DNA of 61,795 bases, filler included, from Clostridia bacterium (lineage in GTDB: Bacteria > CBDUZB01 > JAGLHV01), in the NCBI GenBank assembly GCA_030637025.1. It is 6 parts of 6 records of this genome, joined end to end, with 100 filler letters (N's around TTAATTAATTAA, not from the genome) between each part and the next. Parts side by side here need not be neighbours in the genome. Positions count along the whole stretch, not along the records: positions 38,336 to 45,706 come from DAOVVV010000061.1; positions 45,807 to 59,174 come from DAOVVV010000050.1; 4 more parts are not named here. One strand, 5' to 3'. The notes under the pieces were generated by a model. That model was given only the letters and a program-made list of their open reading frames with translations. It searched no databases and was not told where the DNA came from. The translations under genes were made by a program, and so were the position numbers. Positions 38,236 to 47,942 of this stretch are shown piece after piece; within the stretch, counting starts at the first letter, position 1, and every line of letters begins with the position of its first letter.

Positions 38236-38335
38236 NNNNNNNNNNNNNNNNNNNNNNNNNNNNNNNNNNNNNNNNNNNNTTAATTAATTAANNNNNNNNN
38301 NNNNNNNNNNNNNNNNNNNNNNNNNNNNNNNNNNN
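38236..38335. other. Artificial contig spacer
   Basis: N44-TTAATTAATTAA-N44. Confidence 0.97.
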
Positions 38336-38437
38336 CTAAAGCGTACATTTACTTTACCTTTTTCTACCCACTCTTTATCGTCTTTATATAATACCCTGAA
38401 TTTATAATGGTATAACCCTTCTTTTACCGGCCGGCCC
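38336..38437. repeat. 102-bp direct repeat, copy 1 (contig start)
   Basis: Identical to 45605-45706. Confidence 0.95.
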
Positions 38438-39567
38438 GCATCATCTTTCATATCCCAGATTACCATCTTCGGCGGTTGATGTTCTCCTTTTATATTTCTA
38501 ACCTCTCCATCCAGTTCATCGGTTATTTCTAAATTCCACATCCTTGCTTCAAACCGTAATTCCCCTATTTCAAACTGCAATTCATTATGCAAACCTTCCA
38601 GGACATATTCTCCCTTACCCTGTCCTTTTTTCTTTAACTTCGGTACTGCTTTGCCTCTGTATAAATTAAACCATTTTAAACTAAAACTTACACGGTGTAA
38701 ATCCCCTAAACTCTCATGCCCGCTATATCCGTAATCTATACCTACCGGGCCCCTGCTTACACCTAAACCATAAGTAATCTCGCTTAAATGATTTAATCCT
38801 ACCCTGAAATTTACTAATTTCCCCCACGGGGATATTTCCATCCCCCCACAATAATAAACGTCTTCCCCTTCTAATCTATTGGCATCTATTGTCATTGTTA
38901 TTTTATCTTCAAACGGCTCCATCGATACACCGCCTTTGAAATTCATTTTATATATATTTTCTTCTTCCCTTAAAATTATCCGCGGCTGTACTATATTCGC
39001 CAACATCATTCCCACTCTCAATACCGAAGAAAACTGATACATCCCCCCTAAATCAAATCCATATCCGCTGCCGGCATAACCCATATCTTTTTCCTGTACT
39101 AATTTCAAATTTATTCCGGCACATACCTTACCCATCTTCCTGGCATAGGAACAAATTATGGTGTTATGCACTATCGATTCATCATCACTAATTAAATTAT
39201 TTAAGTAATCTCTTTCTTCAAATCCTCCTGAATAAAGTAATACATCGGTTATGGCAAAAGTCCCTATCTTCGGGCCTAAAGGATGCGCCGAAGCTATGAA
39301 ATTTAAACTTGTCCCTTCGAAAAAAGAAGCATACATACTGCTGATTTCAAACTCATCCATCAATGCTAATCCTGCCGGATTCCAATATCCTGCACTGGCT
39401 TCATTGGCTAATCCGCTATAAGCCCCTCCCATTGCTAATGCCCGGGCTCCTACCCCGTATTGTAAATAATCATTCGGCTGGCCGTAATAGTTTTTACTTA
39501 AACCCATCCCTTTAGCCATTATCATAATAACAAGACTCAAAATAATTGTCAATATTTTTTTGAACAT
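38336..39567 (-). CDS. PorV/PorQ-like (FadL-type) outer-membrane barrel with C-terminal FlgD-like Ig domain (3' end at contig edge)
   Basis: Signal peptide; GVGARALAMGGAY..LANEASAGYWNPAGL; beta-strand pattern ending LGDLHRVSF; then WNLEI..VIWDMKDDAGRPVKEGLYHY. Confidence 0.8.
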
Positions 39568-39711
39568 TTCTTCTCTTCCTTTTATTATTGATTTTTTTAA
39601 ATTAAAATAAATGTTAAATTTTTACTTTTACTAATGTAAATTACATCACATCTTAAAAGTTAAAACAAAAAAAAATACTCAACACCATTTCCTATTTTAT
39701 TTTATTTAATT

Positions 39712-39741
39712 AATATAACAAATTTAACCGTCGTTTGTCAA
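39712..39741 (-). promoter_or_regulatory. Putative promoter of the PorV-like gene
   Basis: TTGACA-18 nt-TATATT on the minus strand. Confidence 0.5.
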
Positions 39742-39768
39742 AATTTACTTAACGCATCTCCTTTTCAT

Positions 39769-39791
39769 GCAAGGCTAAAGCCTTGCCCTAC
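39769..39791 (-). repeat. GTAG-type REP-like palindrome
   Basis: Minus strand GTAGGGCAAGGCTTTAGCCTTGC, 3 nt after the stop of the giant gene. Confidence 0.72.
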
Positions 39792-39794
39792 TGA

Positions 39795-42700
39795 CTATTT
39801 CACTACCGCAATCTTGCGAATAATTTGTTTTCTTTCTGCTTCTATCCAAATACGGCAAATATATCCGCCGTTACTTACTACTTCCGCTAAATTATTTCTT
39901 CCCCACCATTCTACCCGGTTAGTTTCACCTGACTGTCCTCCGTTTTCTCCGGCATAAAATTTCTTCTCCCAAACAATCTGCCCTAACAGGTCATAGATAC
40001 TAATTTTTACATTAGAAGATTGAGTAAGATTATACTCAATAAATGTAGGTTCTTTTCCTGCCCGGAAAGGATTGGGATAATTAATGGCTTTATTAATCTC
40101 CATAAATTGCATACTAATATAAATAGTCTTACTTACCTGCATTGTTTCCTGATGGCCGTTTTGGTCAACGGCATAATATTCAAGTGTATGCATACCTATC
40201 TGGGAAATAAAAAACTCTCCTGTATATTCCTGCCAGAGCCCTCCGTCAATCCTATAATAAATTTTATCTATTCCAATCCGGGAAACAGCTGATAAGACAA
40301 TCGGGGTATCGGGTTTTAAATGGATAGTCTGGGTTAATTCACTGGAGACACCCAAAAAGCTCATTGTTGTCAAGGGAACCCCGTGTATTTGAATAGTAAC
40401 TTCTTCGGAAACCTGATCGGTAAATACCAGAATAACAATATATCCGTCTTTAGCAGTTTTATTACAAGTTACATTAACCGTTGCTTCACCCAGATTATTG
40501 GTAAGATCAAAATCAGCGTTTAAACTAGCTTGTCCGCTCATAATTCTAAAATCTATCTGAGCATTTAGTATCTTATTTCCGTGTTGATCTTCCAGTGTAG
40601 CAATAATAGGAACGGTTTCCTGCGGCTCAATGGTTAAGGATAATACATTAAGGGAAAGTACTGTTCCTAATCCGGCAGTAATCATAACATCCGTAGAAAA
40701 AGTATCCACTACCAGGCTTGCCGGATCCCATATTCTAAAGAAAATATTTTCTATATTATCGTAACTCTGAGCTATAGTCACTCTCCCTTCCTGTAACAAA
40801 GCAGTAGTTGTTCCTAAATTTCCGGTAGCTAATAGTCCGTTTACGGAAGAATAAACATCTATATTTAAATTATGGTCCTGAGTTGTAATTAAATTACCTG
40901 TTTGAGTATCACGTAACTCAATCACCATCTCAAAAGTATCCGGCGGCCCTACCATTGCCTGCACCGGCACAAAAATCTCATATTTTTTAGAAGAAGCAAT
41001 CACACTAATCACATTACTATAAGCAACCCGGCCGAATTCATCGGTTATTTTAATACAAATATCTTCTACCAAATTATAACTTTGATCATCTATTTTTACA
41101 CTGCCGTTATCCAATACCGCTTCCGTGACTCCTAATATACCTGTTGTCGGCAAATAACCGGCAGTAACTGCTTCCATGGTAAAGGTATGGTTAGCAATCA
41201 AAGGAGCCATAGTCATACCATCGATTAAATCAACTTTTATAGTAAATTTATCCGGTGGTCCGGCAGGAGCATTAACCGGTATAATACTAAATCGATAAGT
41301 AGCATAAGAAACCGGAATAGTGACTGTTTGCACTGGTTTAGAGGGATTATCCTGGTCATAACAAGTAATCCCTATATTACCGAAATTATTAAGTTTTACT
41401 ACAAAAAACACTCTTCCGTTTACAAAAAGATCTCCCTGGTTAGAAGGATTATTATCATCTAATGAACCATCACCGGAAGATAATCGGATATGGTCTCCGT
41501 TAAAATCTTCTGCTAAATTCCAGTATTGGTCTACTGCCCTCACACTAACTGTAAAGGACAAACCCGCCTGCTGGGTATCAGGAAGGGCTAACTTCCCTGT
41601 AGCACTGCTGTTACCGGGATTAGCAATTTCTCCGGGAGCAATTATTTGCAGTTTTTTATATCCGTCCGCTTTAACACGAAAAATTTTACTGCTTCCGCTT
41701 AAAGTATGAGTGTCGGAAATGATAAAATAAACATTTTCCGCCTTAGTATAACTCTGAGTAACATTTACCATCCCCGCACTAAGGTAATCATTGGCTACTC
41801 CCAAACTTCCCGTACCTATTGCCCCGGTATCAGCTGAACGAATTTCAATGTTTACCTGCCGGTCACAAGTAGTAACTATCTGCCCGGTAGAACTATCTTT
41901 CAATTGAACAACCATAGAGAATTGTTCCGGAGGACCAACCGTAACTTCATCCGGGACAGTAATATCATAATAAAGGCCTAACGCTTTTACCACAATCGGA
42001 TCACTAAATTTTTCTCTACCGTAATCATCAGTCACTTTAATACGAATAGTTTCGGCTAAATTATAACTCTGTTCGGAAATAGAAACTATTCCATTATTTA
42101 ATGCTGCTGTGGTAACTCCCAAATCGCCGCTAACCGAAGTATAATCAGCTAAATAAGGGGTTAAAATAATTCCGTTGTTAGCTCCCGCTACCGGAACTCC
42201 TCCTCCGTCTAACAGCCTTACTGTCATAGCAAAAATAGAAGGGGGACCGGCTATAATGGGCAGGGGAGAAGTTATTACAATTTCATATTCGTATCCGGCT
42301 AATATATTAATACCCACTGTTCCCACTATTTTAGTCATATCGGTAAAATCAGAAGCATTTAAAGTAACTACTCCCGCAGAGTTTAAATGAATTTCAAAAT
42401 CCATTTCTCCTTCCACAAAGGGAGAATTCTGATTAGTAGGATTTGTGTAAGGAGCAATAGTATCCAGGGAAGCATCGCTGGCTGTCAAACGAATTTGTTT
42501 TCCGTTTAAGTCGGTTACCCTATTCCAATATTGATCTACCCCCATAACCTTTACGGTAAAGGGTTGATTAGCATTTTGATTGATTGGTAGAGCAACTGTT
42601 TTCCCTGTGGTAGAACCCGGATCTGCTGCTTCACCGGGAGCTATTATTTGCAAACCAACATACGCCGCCGGATTAATAAAAATAGAACTGCTATCTCTTC

Positions 42701-45488
42701 TAAGCGGTATAGCTTTATCATAAGCAGTGGTTGTTTGTATACCGGCAGTCCGATAAATTATCTGGAAAGCTCCTTCTCCATCTACTAATACCTGACTACT
42801 GGAAGGAATCACTGAATAGTCACTGGTAAATATCTCTATCGTGGGAGTAGCAGTATCTACTAAATTCCAACTATCATCTACTGCATATACGGTAACATCC
42901 ACAGTATCCCCTGCCTGAGGCGGGGTAGCGGAATTTTTCTTTCCCGGGAAAACTCCGGGAGTATGTTCTTCCCCATCTAAAAGAATTAATACCTTAGTAT
43001 AGGGTAAATTAAGCACATCAAAAGGACTACTATTTCCTACCTGGCCCAAACCATTATTACAGGAAAGAATTACTTCCTCCATCGCCCGAAAAATAGTAAC
43101 CGGTACATTTGCCGCTACACCGGCAACAAAGGTAATGGCCAGCGGATTAAAGGTACCTTCACCGGTATTAGCCGAAAAATCAATTGTATCATTACAATTA
43201 GTTATGATATTACCGTTAAAATCTTTAGCCGTTATAGTTACTAAAAAGGCTGTATTTACCGTTTGAGGACTAGCAATAAAAGAAAACTCAAAGGAATTTA
43301 AAGCCCCGTGGTTAACCGCAATAGTTACCGTATCATTTTTGGCCGCATCAAATATATCCTCAACCGTTATAGTTTGATTCCCCAGCGTTCCCAATTTTAC
43401 GGAAAAATTCTGAACCGCACTTCCTAAAAGTTGGCCGCCGGCAGGTAATGCAGCTAATACATCCCCGGAAGTAAATAACACCGTAGGATAGGGTGTTGTT
43501 TCTATGGGATTCCAGTATTTATCAGTACCTACTATAGTCACCGGAAATTGTAAATGCGATTCCTGGTCGGAAATAATACCCTGTTTGCCGTTTAATAAAG
43601 GGTCACTACCGGGATCTAAGTTTTCATTCGGCGCCACCAGAACCAATTTTTCATAGTCCCCGGCATGAATAGCGACATCGCTGCCGGTTCCGGTTCTTCC
43701 ACCTCCGGTAACTGTCAAATTCTGCAATTCATGAGCGTAAGGATAAAAATCATCAGAGGTAGTAAAAAATATTACTCTATAATCCGCTTTTCCACCTCCC
43801 GGAAGAACAGCTCCGTTGTCTATAGAATTTATATACCCGGTAGGGCAGGTAATATTAATCGGTGTCCCTGCTGCCGAACCGTCATCAATGGTATTCCAAT
43901 AAGTGTCGGTAGCAATAATCTTCACGGTTACAGTACTTACTCCCGCTACAAAAGTATCCGGAACATTACCACTTCTACCTGTACCAATACCCGGGGTTTG
44001 ATATTCTCCATCTCCCCATTCATCACGCAAAAGAACTAATAACCGGGAAAAAACTCCATAATTAATATTAAAGGCATTACTATCGGAAGAATGGCCGGCT
44101 TCATCATCCACAGTAAGGTTAACTCCAACATCTGATTTGGTTACATTGACATTGGCATTGGCTATCCCGGCCGCAAAATTAACGCCGGTAACTGTAATTG
44201 TTCCCGGACCGGTACTGGCAGATAAAGTGACTCCGTTTTGATTATAACCGGTAAGTTGATTATCATAAGCATCATAAGCAGTAATAGTTATATTAAAAGC
44301 TGTGGTAGTTACCTGGGGAGAACCGATAGGATTAAAAATATAATGGTCTATCTCCGCCGCATTAATAGTAATATTTGATTGGCTAACCGTAAGATTAGTA
44401 AGTTCCTGAACCCGTACCCATTGATTACCCCTGGTTTTAAGGGTGATACTATTAAAAACTTCCGGGTTATCAGTCATTAACATCACTGCGGGTAAAACCG
44501 CCTGCACATCAGAAGAAGTAAAAGAAATATTAGGAAAACCGCTATTTACCGGATTCCAATATTGATCTACGGCACATACCTTAACATTTAAAAACGGATT
44601 TCCTGCAGTTTGCGCAGTAGGAATTCCCTGTTTCCCTGTCCCTGCAATTGTTCCGGGATATATTGTTTCACCCGGAAAAAGAAGTAAAATCTTATTAAAA
44701 ACATTCGGGTCAACCGCAATCTCATCACTTTGCCCGTACGGAGCCTGTAATTGACCGGGATAAGTAACTGTATTAGTGGCATAAATTACATTATAGCCGG
44801 TAATGGAATCAGCACCGTATAAAGTCACCATTACATTAGCAATACCATTGACAAAAGCAACTTTGTTAATTACTAAAGGACTTATCTCTCCTACCTGAGC
44901 ACTTAAATCAACATCGTCAGAGAAAGTTATTGCCGTTACATTTTTTAAATCTTTAGCAGTAACGGTAAGATTAAAAGCAACCCCTGCCTGCTGATTCCCG
45001 GCAGGTACGGTAAGTTCAAAATGATCGACAAAACGATACATCTTTACATAAAGTCTACCGTGTCCGATGCCACCCATATTTTTATCTCGCGCGTCAAAAT
45101 AATGGGTAGTAGATGATTGAGCAGATTCTATCGTATTTAAAGTCACCGTAATAATCTTCTCTCCATTAATAAGGCTTTCTTCCCGGGGTGGACTAAAAGA
45201 AGGCGAGGTATTATTGTCACTACATTCAATAACCACGGTAGTATTAGAACCCTGGCCGGCAGCCACAATAGAATCGTCTTCATGTCGAGCAGTAATTTTA
45301 ATATCAAACGCTATACTCTGAGTAAAGTCTACAGTAGGAGGATCAGTAGGGCTTTCCAGCCAGGAAGTTGTTGTTACATCCCAGTATTCTATTTTTAAAT
45401 GGTGATAATCCGCCCATGCAGATGAAATACCCAAAACACTTATCACTAAAATAGTTGTTATCAATAATTTTCTAAGTTTTCCAGACAT
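39795..45488 (-). CDS. Giant secreted Ig-repeat surface protein with T9SS/FlgD-like C-terminal domain
   Basis: Signal peptide (..SSAWA), repeated beta-rich domains, C-terminus INYPNPF..IEYNL..ISIYDLLG..WWGRN..GGYI..KIAVVK. Confidence 0.85.
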   Translation of the reverse strand: MSGKLRKLLITTILVISVLGISSAWADYHHLKIEYWDVTTTSWLESPTDPPTVDFTQSIAFDIKITARHEDDSIVAAGQGSNTTVVIECSDNNTSPSFSPPREESLINGEKIITVTLNTIESAQSSTTHYFDARDKNMGGIGHGRLYVKMYRFVDHFELTVPAGNQQAGVAFNLTVTAKDLKNVTAITFSDDVDLSAQVGEISPLVINKVAFVNGIANVMVTLYGADSITGYNVIYATNTVTYPGQLQAPYGQSDEIAVDPNVFNKILLLFPGETIYPGTIAGTGKQGIPTAQTAGNPFLNVKVCAVDQYWNPVNSGFPNISFTSSDVQAVLPAVMLMTDNPEVFNSITLKTRGNQWVRVQELTNLTVSQSNITINAAEIDHYIFNPIGSPQVTTTAFNITITAYDAYDNQLTGYNQNGVTLSASTGPGTITVTGVNFAAGIANANVNVTKSDVGVNLTVDDEAGHSSDSNAFNINYGVFSRLLVLLRDEWGDGEYQTPGIGTGRSGNVPDTFVAGVSTVTVKIIATDTYWNTIDDGSAAGTPINITCPTGYINSIDNGAVLPGGGKADYRVIFFTTSDDFYPYAHELQNLTVTGGGRTGTGSDVAIHAGDYEKLVLVAPNENLDPGSDPLLNGKQGIISDQESHLQFPVTIVGTDKYWNPIETTPYPTVLFTSGDVLAALPAGGQLLGSAVQNFSVKLGTLGNQTITVEDIFDAAKNDTVTIAVNHGALNSFEFSFIASPQTVNTAFLVTITAKDFNGNIITNCNDTIDFSANTGEGTFNPLAITFVAGVAANVPVTIFRAMEEVILSCNNGLGQVGNSSPFDVLNLPYTKVLILLDGEEHTPGVFPGKKNSATPPQAGDTVDVTVYAVDDSWNLVDTATPTIEIFTSDYSVIPSSSQVLVDGEGAFQIIYRTAGIQTTTAYDKAIPLRRDSSSIFINPAAYVGLQIIAPGEAADPGSTTGKTVALPINQNANQPFTVKVMGVDQYWNRVTDLNGKQIRLTASDASLDTIAPYTNPTNQNSPFVEGEMDFEIHLNSAGVVTLNASDFTDMTKIVGTVGINILAGYEYEIVITSPLPIIAGPPSIFAMTVRLLDGGGVPVAGANNGIILTPYLADYTSVSGDLGVTTAALNNGIVSISEQSYNLAETIRIKVTDDYGREKFSDPIVVKALGLYYDITVPDEVTVGPPEQFSMVVQLKDSSTGQIVTTCDRQVNIEIRSADTGAIGTGSLGVANDYLSAGMVNVTQSYTKAENVYFIISDTHTLSGSSKIFRVKADGYKKLQIIAPGEIANPGNSSATGKLALPDTQQAGLSFTVSVRAVDQYWNLAEDFNGDHIRLSSGDGSLDDNNPSNQGDLFVNGRVFFVVKLNNFGNIGITCYDQDNPSKPVQTVTIPVSYATYRFSIIPVNAPAGPPDKFTIKVDLIDGMTMAPLIANHTFTMEAVTAGYLPTTGILGVTEAVLDNGSVKIDDQSYNLVEDICIKITDEFGRVAYSNVISVIASSKKYEIFVPVQAMVGPPDTFEMVIELRDTQTGNLITTQDHNLNIDVYSSVNGLLATGNLGTTTALLQEGRVTIAQSYDNIENIFFRIWDPASLVVDTFSTDVMITAGLGTVLSLNVLSLTIEPQETVPIIATLEDQHGNKILNAQIDFRIMSGQASLNADFDLTNNLGEATVNVTCNKTAKDGYIVILVFTDQVSEEVTIQIHGVPLTTMSFLGVSSELTQTIHLKPDTPIVLSAVSRIGIDKIYYRIDGGLWQEYTGEFFISQIGMHTLEYYAVDQNGHQETMQVSKTIYISMQFMEINKAINYPNPFRAGKEPTFIEYNLTQSSNVKISIYDLLGQIVWEKKFYAGENGGQSGETNRVEWWGRNNLAEVVSNGGYICRIWIEAERKQIIRKIAVVK

Positions 45489-45489
45489 T

Positions 45490-45706
45490 CTATTTTCCTT
45501 CCTCTTCTGTTTTCTCTTCTGTTTCTATTTCTTTTTCTATTTCTGTTTCTACCTCTCCTTCTCTACCTCTCATCTCCATCTCTACTTCCCCTCGTACCGG
45601 CACACTAAAGCGTACATTTACTTTACCTTTTTCTACCCACTCTTTATCGTCTTTATATAATACCCTGAATTTATAATGGTATAACCCTTCTTTTACCGGC
45701 CGGCCC
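45490..45706 (-). CDS. 3' end of a PorV-like gene with acidic tail (5' truncated by gap)
   Basis: GRPVKEGLYHYKFRVLYKDDKEWVEKGKVNVRFSVPVRGEVEMEMRGREGEVETEIEKEIETEEKTEEEGK*; TAG 1 nt before ATG 45488. Confidence 0.85.
45605..45706. repeat. 102-bp direct repeat, copy 2 (contig end)
   Basis: Identical to 38336-38437. Confidence 0.95.
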
Positions 45707-45806
45707 NNNNNNNNNNNNNNNNNNNNNNNNNNNNNNNNNNNNNNNNNNNNTTAATTAATTAANNNNNNNNNNNNNNNNNNNNNNNNNNNNNNNNNNNNNN
45801 NNNNNN
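45707..45806. other. Artificial contig spacer
   Basis: N44-TTAATTAATTAA-N44. Confidence 0.97.
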
Positions 45807-46053
45807 GACAGGCTTATTTTTTTAACGCTTATTTTTACTAAAATTTGCTATATCGTTCGCAACACATATTACCTTTTTACAAAAAAATTAAATGATGAGA
45901 GGTAAAATATGTTTCTCTCTGGACGCATAATGTTACCCTGCGGGCACGCAAAAACAAGCTAAAAATAAGCAACTCGCTTTGCTCAGACAGGCTTATTTTT
46001 TTAACGCTTATTTTTACTAAAATTTGCTATATCGTTCGAAACACATTTTACCT
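45807..46053. mobile_element. Tandem MITE-like elements (partial copy 45807-45874; full copy 45900-46053)
   Basis: Full copy has 16-bp terminal inverted repeats with one mismatch (aggtaaaatatgtttc / gaaacacattttacct) and an internal aaaaataagc / gcttattttt stem. 45807-45874 nearly duplicates 45986-46053. Confidence 0.6.
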
Positions 46054-46452
46054 TTATTCTTTACTAATCAATTTTGTTAGATAGTTGATTTTTTTGTTTT
46101 GGATTTAGCCTGTATTCTTTGTCTATGGGTTATTTTCATATTTATAATATTCCGCATTATTTACGAATGACCCGTAGCTTTTCGCTAAACATTGAAGAGC
46201 CGGATGAGTTGGAATTCACTTTTTTTCTTAAAGGTAAAACTTTTTAGAGAAAAACACAGGTGGTCAATCAGATAGGTTTTTATTGAAAAACCAGAAATTG
46301 AATTGTTGTAACAAAGTTTTTTCAAAATATTTTTTCAGAAATTAATTGGGAGAGAATTAGAATAAGGTATAAGGTGTAACGAGGAGAAAACAAAAAATAA
46401 GGAATGATTTTTTTAAGCAGAAAATAATAATTTTTAAAAATAAATTTTTTGC

Positions 46453-46481
46453 TTGACAAATTTTTAATAATTTGATAAATT
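46453..46481 (+). promoter_or_regulatory. Promoter of rplJL
   Basis: TTGACA-17 nt-TAAATT with extended -10 TG. Confidence 0.7.
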
Positions 46482-46513
46482 AAACAGCCTTCGAAATAAG
46501 TATATATTTTTTG

Positions 46514-46632
46514 TAATCTGAGACAGTAGGTTCTTCCTGCGTTTTGAAATATTGAGGAAGAATAATTTTGCCTGCCGAGATAAAGGAAAACAACGGAAAA
46601 CTTCCTTTACAGTATTAGGGAAGTTTTTTTTA
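46514..46632 (+). promoter_or_regulatory. L10 leader (ribosomal protein leader) with terminator-like hairpin
   Basis: gagacagtagg...taa...cctgccgag resembles the L10-leader consensus; followed by aaaacttcc(t)...ggaagttttttttt; sits upstream of rplJ. Confidence 0.75.
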
Positions 46633-46686
46633 TGTAGCTTGTTATTTGCGATTTCGCAGGATTATTTCATAAAGTGAGGGAAAATT

Positions 46687-47238
46687 ATGATAAAAACGAG
46701 AAAAGAGAAAGAAGCGTTTGTTTCTTGTTTAAATGAAAAATTCAAGGAAAATAATAGTTTTTTCCTGGTGGATTATAAAGGGTTAAATGTAGAGGAAATA
46801 AATGGCTTGAGGAAAAACCTGAGAAAGATAGAAAGCAATTATAGTGTGGTGAAAAACACTTTAACCAAATTAGCATTAAATGATTTACCGGTAGATGATT
46901 TAAGTGACTGTCTACAAGGGCCCACTGCTTTAGTAATGCCTTTTTCTCCGAAAGATAAAAGAGACGAAACACTGGTAGAAATGTCAAAGGTTTTAATAAC
47001 TTTTGCTAAAGGGCATAAACAATTGAAAATAAAAGGTGGCTTATTTAATGGAAAGTTAATTGAGGCTTCCGGAATTACAGACTTGTCTAAATTACCTTCC
47101 CGTGAGGTACTTTTAAGTCAGTTGTTGGGTGGATTACAAGCTCCCATTGTTGGGTTGGTAAGCACATTAAATCAATTAGTTGCCGGGATAATTTATGGTC
47201 TAAAAGCTGTTATGGAAAAAAAGCAAAAAGATATATAA
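46687..47238 (+). CDS. rplJ: 50S ribosomal protein L10
   Basis: DYKGLNV, VVKNTL, GPTA, LSKLPSREVLL. Confidence 0.95.
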   Translation: MIKTRKEKEAFVSCLNEKFKENNSFFLVDYKGLNVEEINGLRKNLRKIESNYSVVKNTLTKLALNDLPVDDLSDCLQGPTALVMPFSPKDKRDETLVEMSKVLITFAKGHKQLKIKGGLFNGKLIEASGITDLSKLPSREVLLSQLLGGLQAPIVGLVSTLNQLVAGIIYGLKAVMEKKQKDI

Positions 47239-47306
47239 AAAATTTTTATAATTTCAGGATAAGTAAAGAAAAGCAGTAACTAACTATTTAAATAGGAGGA
47301 GGGGAA

Positions 47307-47693
47307 ATGACGACAAAAACACTGAGCAAGGAAGATTTTATAGGAGCTATAGAGAAAATGACTGTTTTAGAAGTGGCAGAATTAGTAAAAGCTTTAGAAG
47401 AGAAATTTGGTATAAGTGCGGTAGCAGCTGCACCTGCAGCTGTTTCATCTAAGGACTCTGCTTCGGAAGCAGAAGAAGAGCAAACAGAATTTTCGGTTGT
47501 TTTAGCAGGTGTAGGGGATAAGAAAATCCAGGTAATTAAAGCAATTAGGGAAATTACCAGTTTAGGGTTGAAAGAAGCTAAAGAATTAGTTGAAAGCGCT
47601 CCCAAAGCTATAAAAGAAGGAATTACTAAAGAACAGGCAGAAGAAATAAAAAAGAAACTTTTAGAAACCGGTGCAACTATTGAGATTAAATAA
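47307..47693 (+). CDS. rplL: 50S ribosomal protein L7/L12
   Basis: [39 protein letters not shown]. Confidence 0.97.
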   Translation: MTTKTLSKEDFIGAIEKMTVLEVAELVKALEEKFGISAVAAAPAAVSSKDSASEAEEEQTEFSVVLAGVGDKKIQVIKAIREITSLGLKEAKELVESAPKAIKEGITKEQAEEIKKKLLETGATIEIK

Positions 47694-47787
47694 TTGTATT
47701 GAGAGATGTTTTAGGGAAATCCGACACAAAAAATAGAGTTAGTATATATGTGTTGTGGGTTTGGTTTTTGGAAAAAATTGTTTTTGC

Positions 47788-47817
47788 TTGACTTTTTAGT
47801 ATAAAAAAAGATATAAT
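47788..47817 (+). promoter_or_regulatory. Putative internal promoter for rpoBC
   Basis: TTGACT-18 nt-TATAAT in the rplL-rpoB spacer. Confidence 0.6.
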
Positions 47818-47942
47818 CAGAGTTTATGTAATAGATTGCTTATTTAAGATTATTTACTTATTGTTTATTTTTGCAGGAAATGAGTTGGAGACAACTATAG
47901 TCCTTTTGTTTTGAATAGAAAATAAAAAAGGAAGATTTAAAA

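Noticed and set aside
45490-45600. Pyrimidine-rich low-complexity tract as a non-coding repeat
   Set aside because: It is the coding Glu-rich tail of the PorV-like gene on the minus strand.
46077-46139. 20-codon minus-strand ORF MKITHRQRIQAKSKTKKSTI
   Set aside because: Too short, no clear RBS or recognisable similarity.
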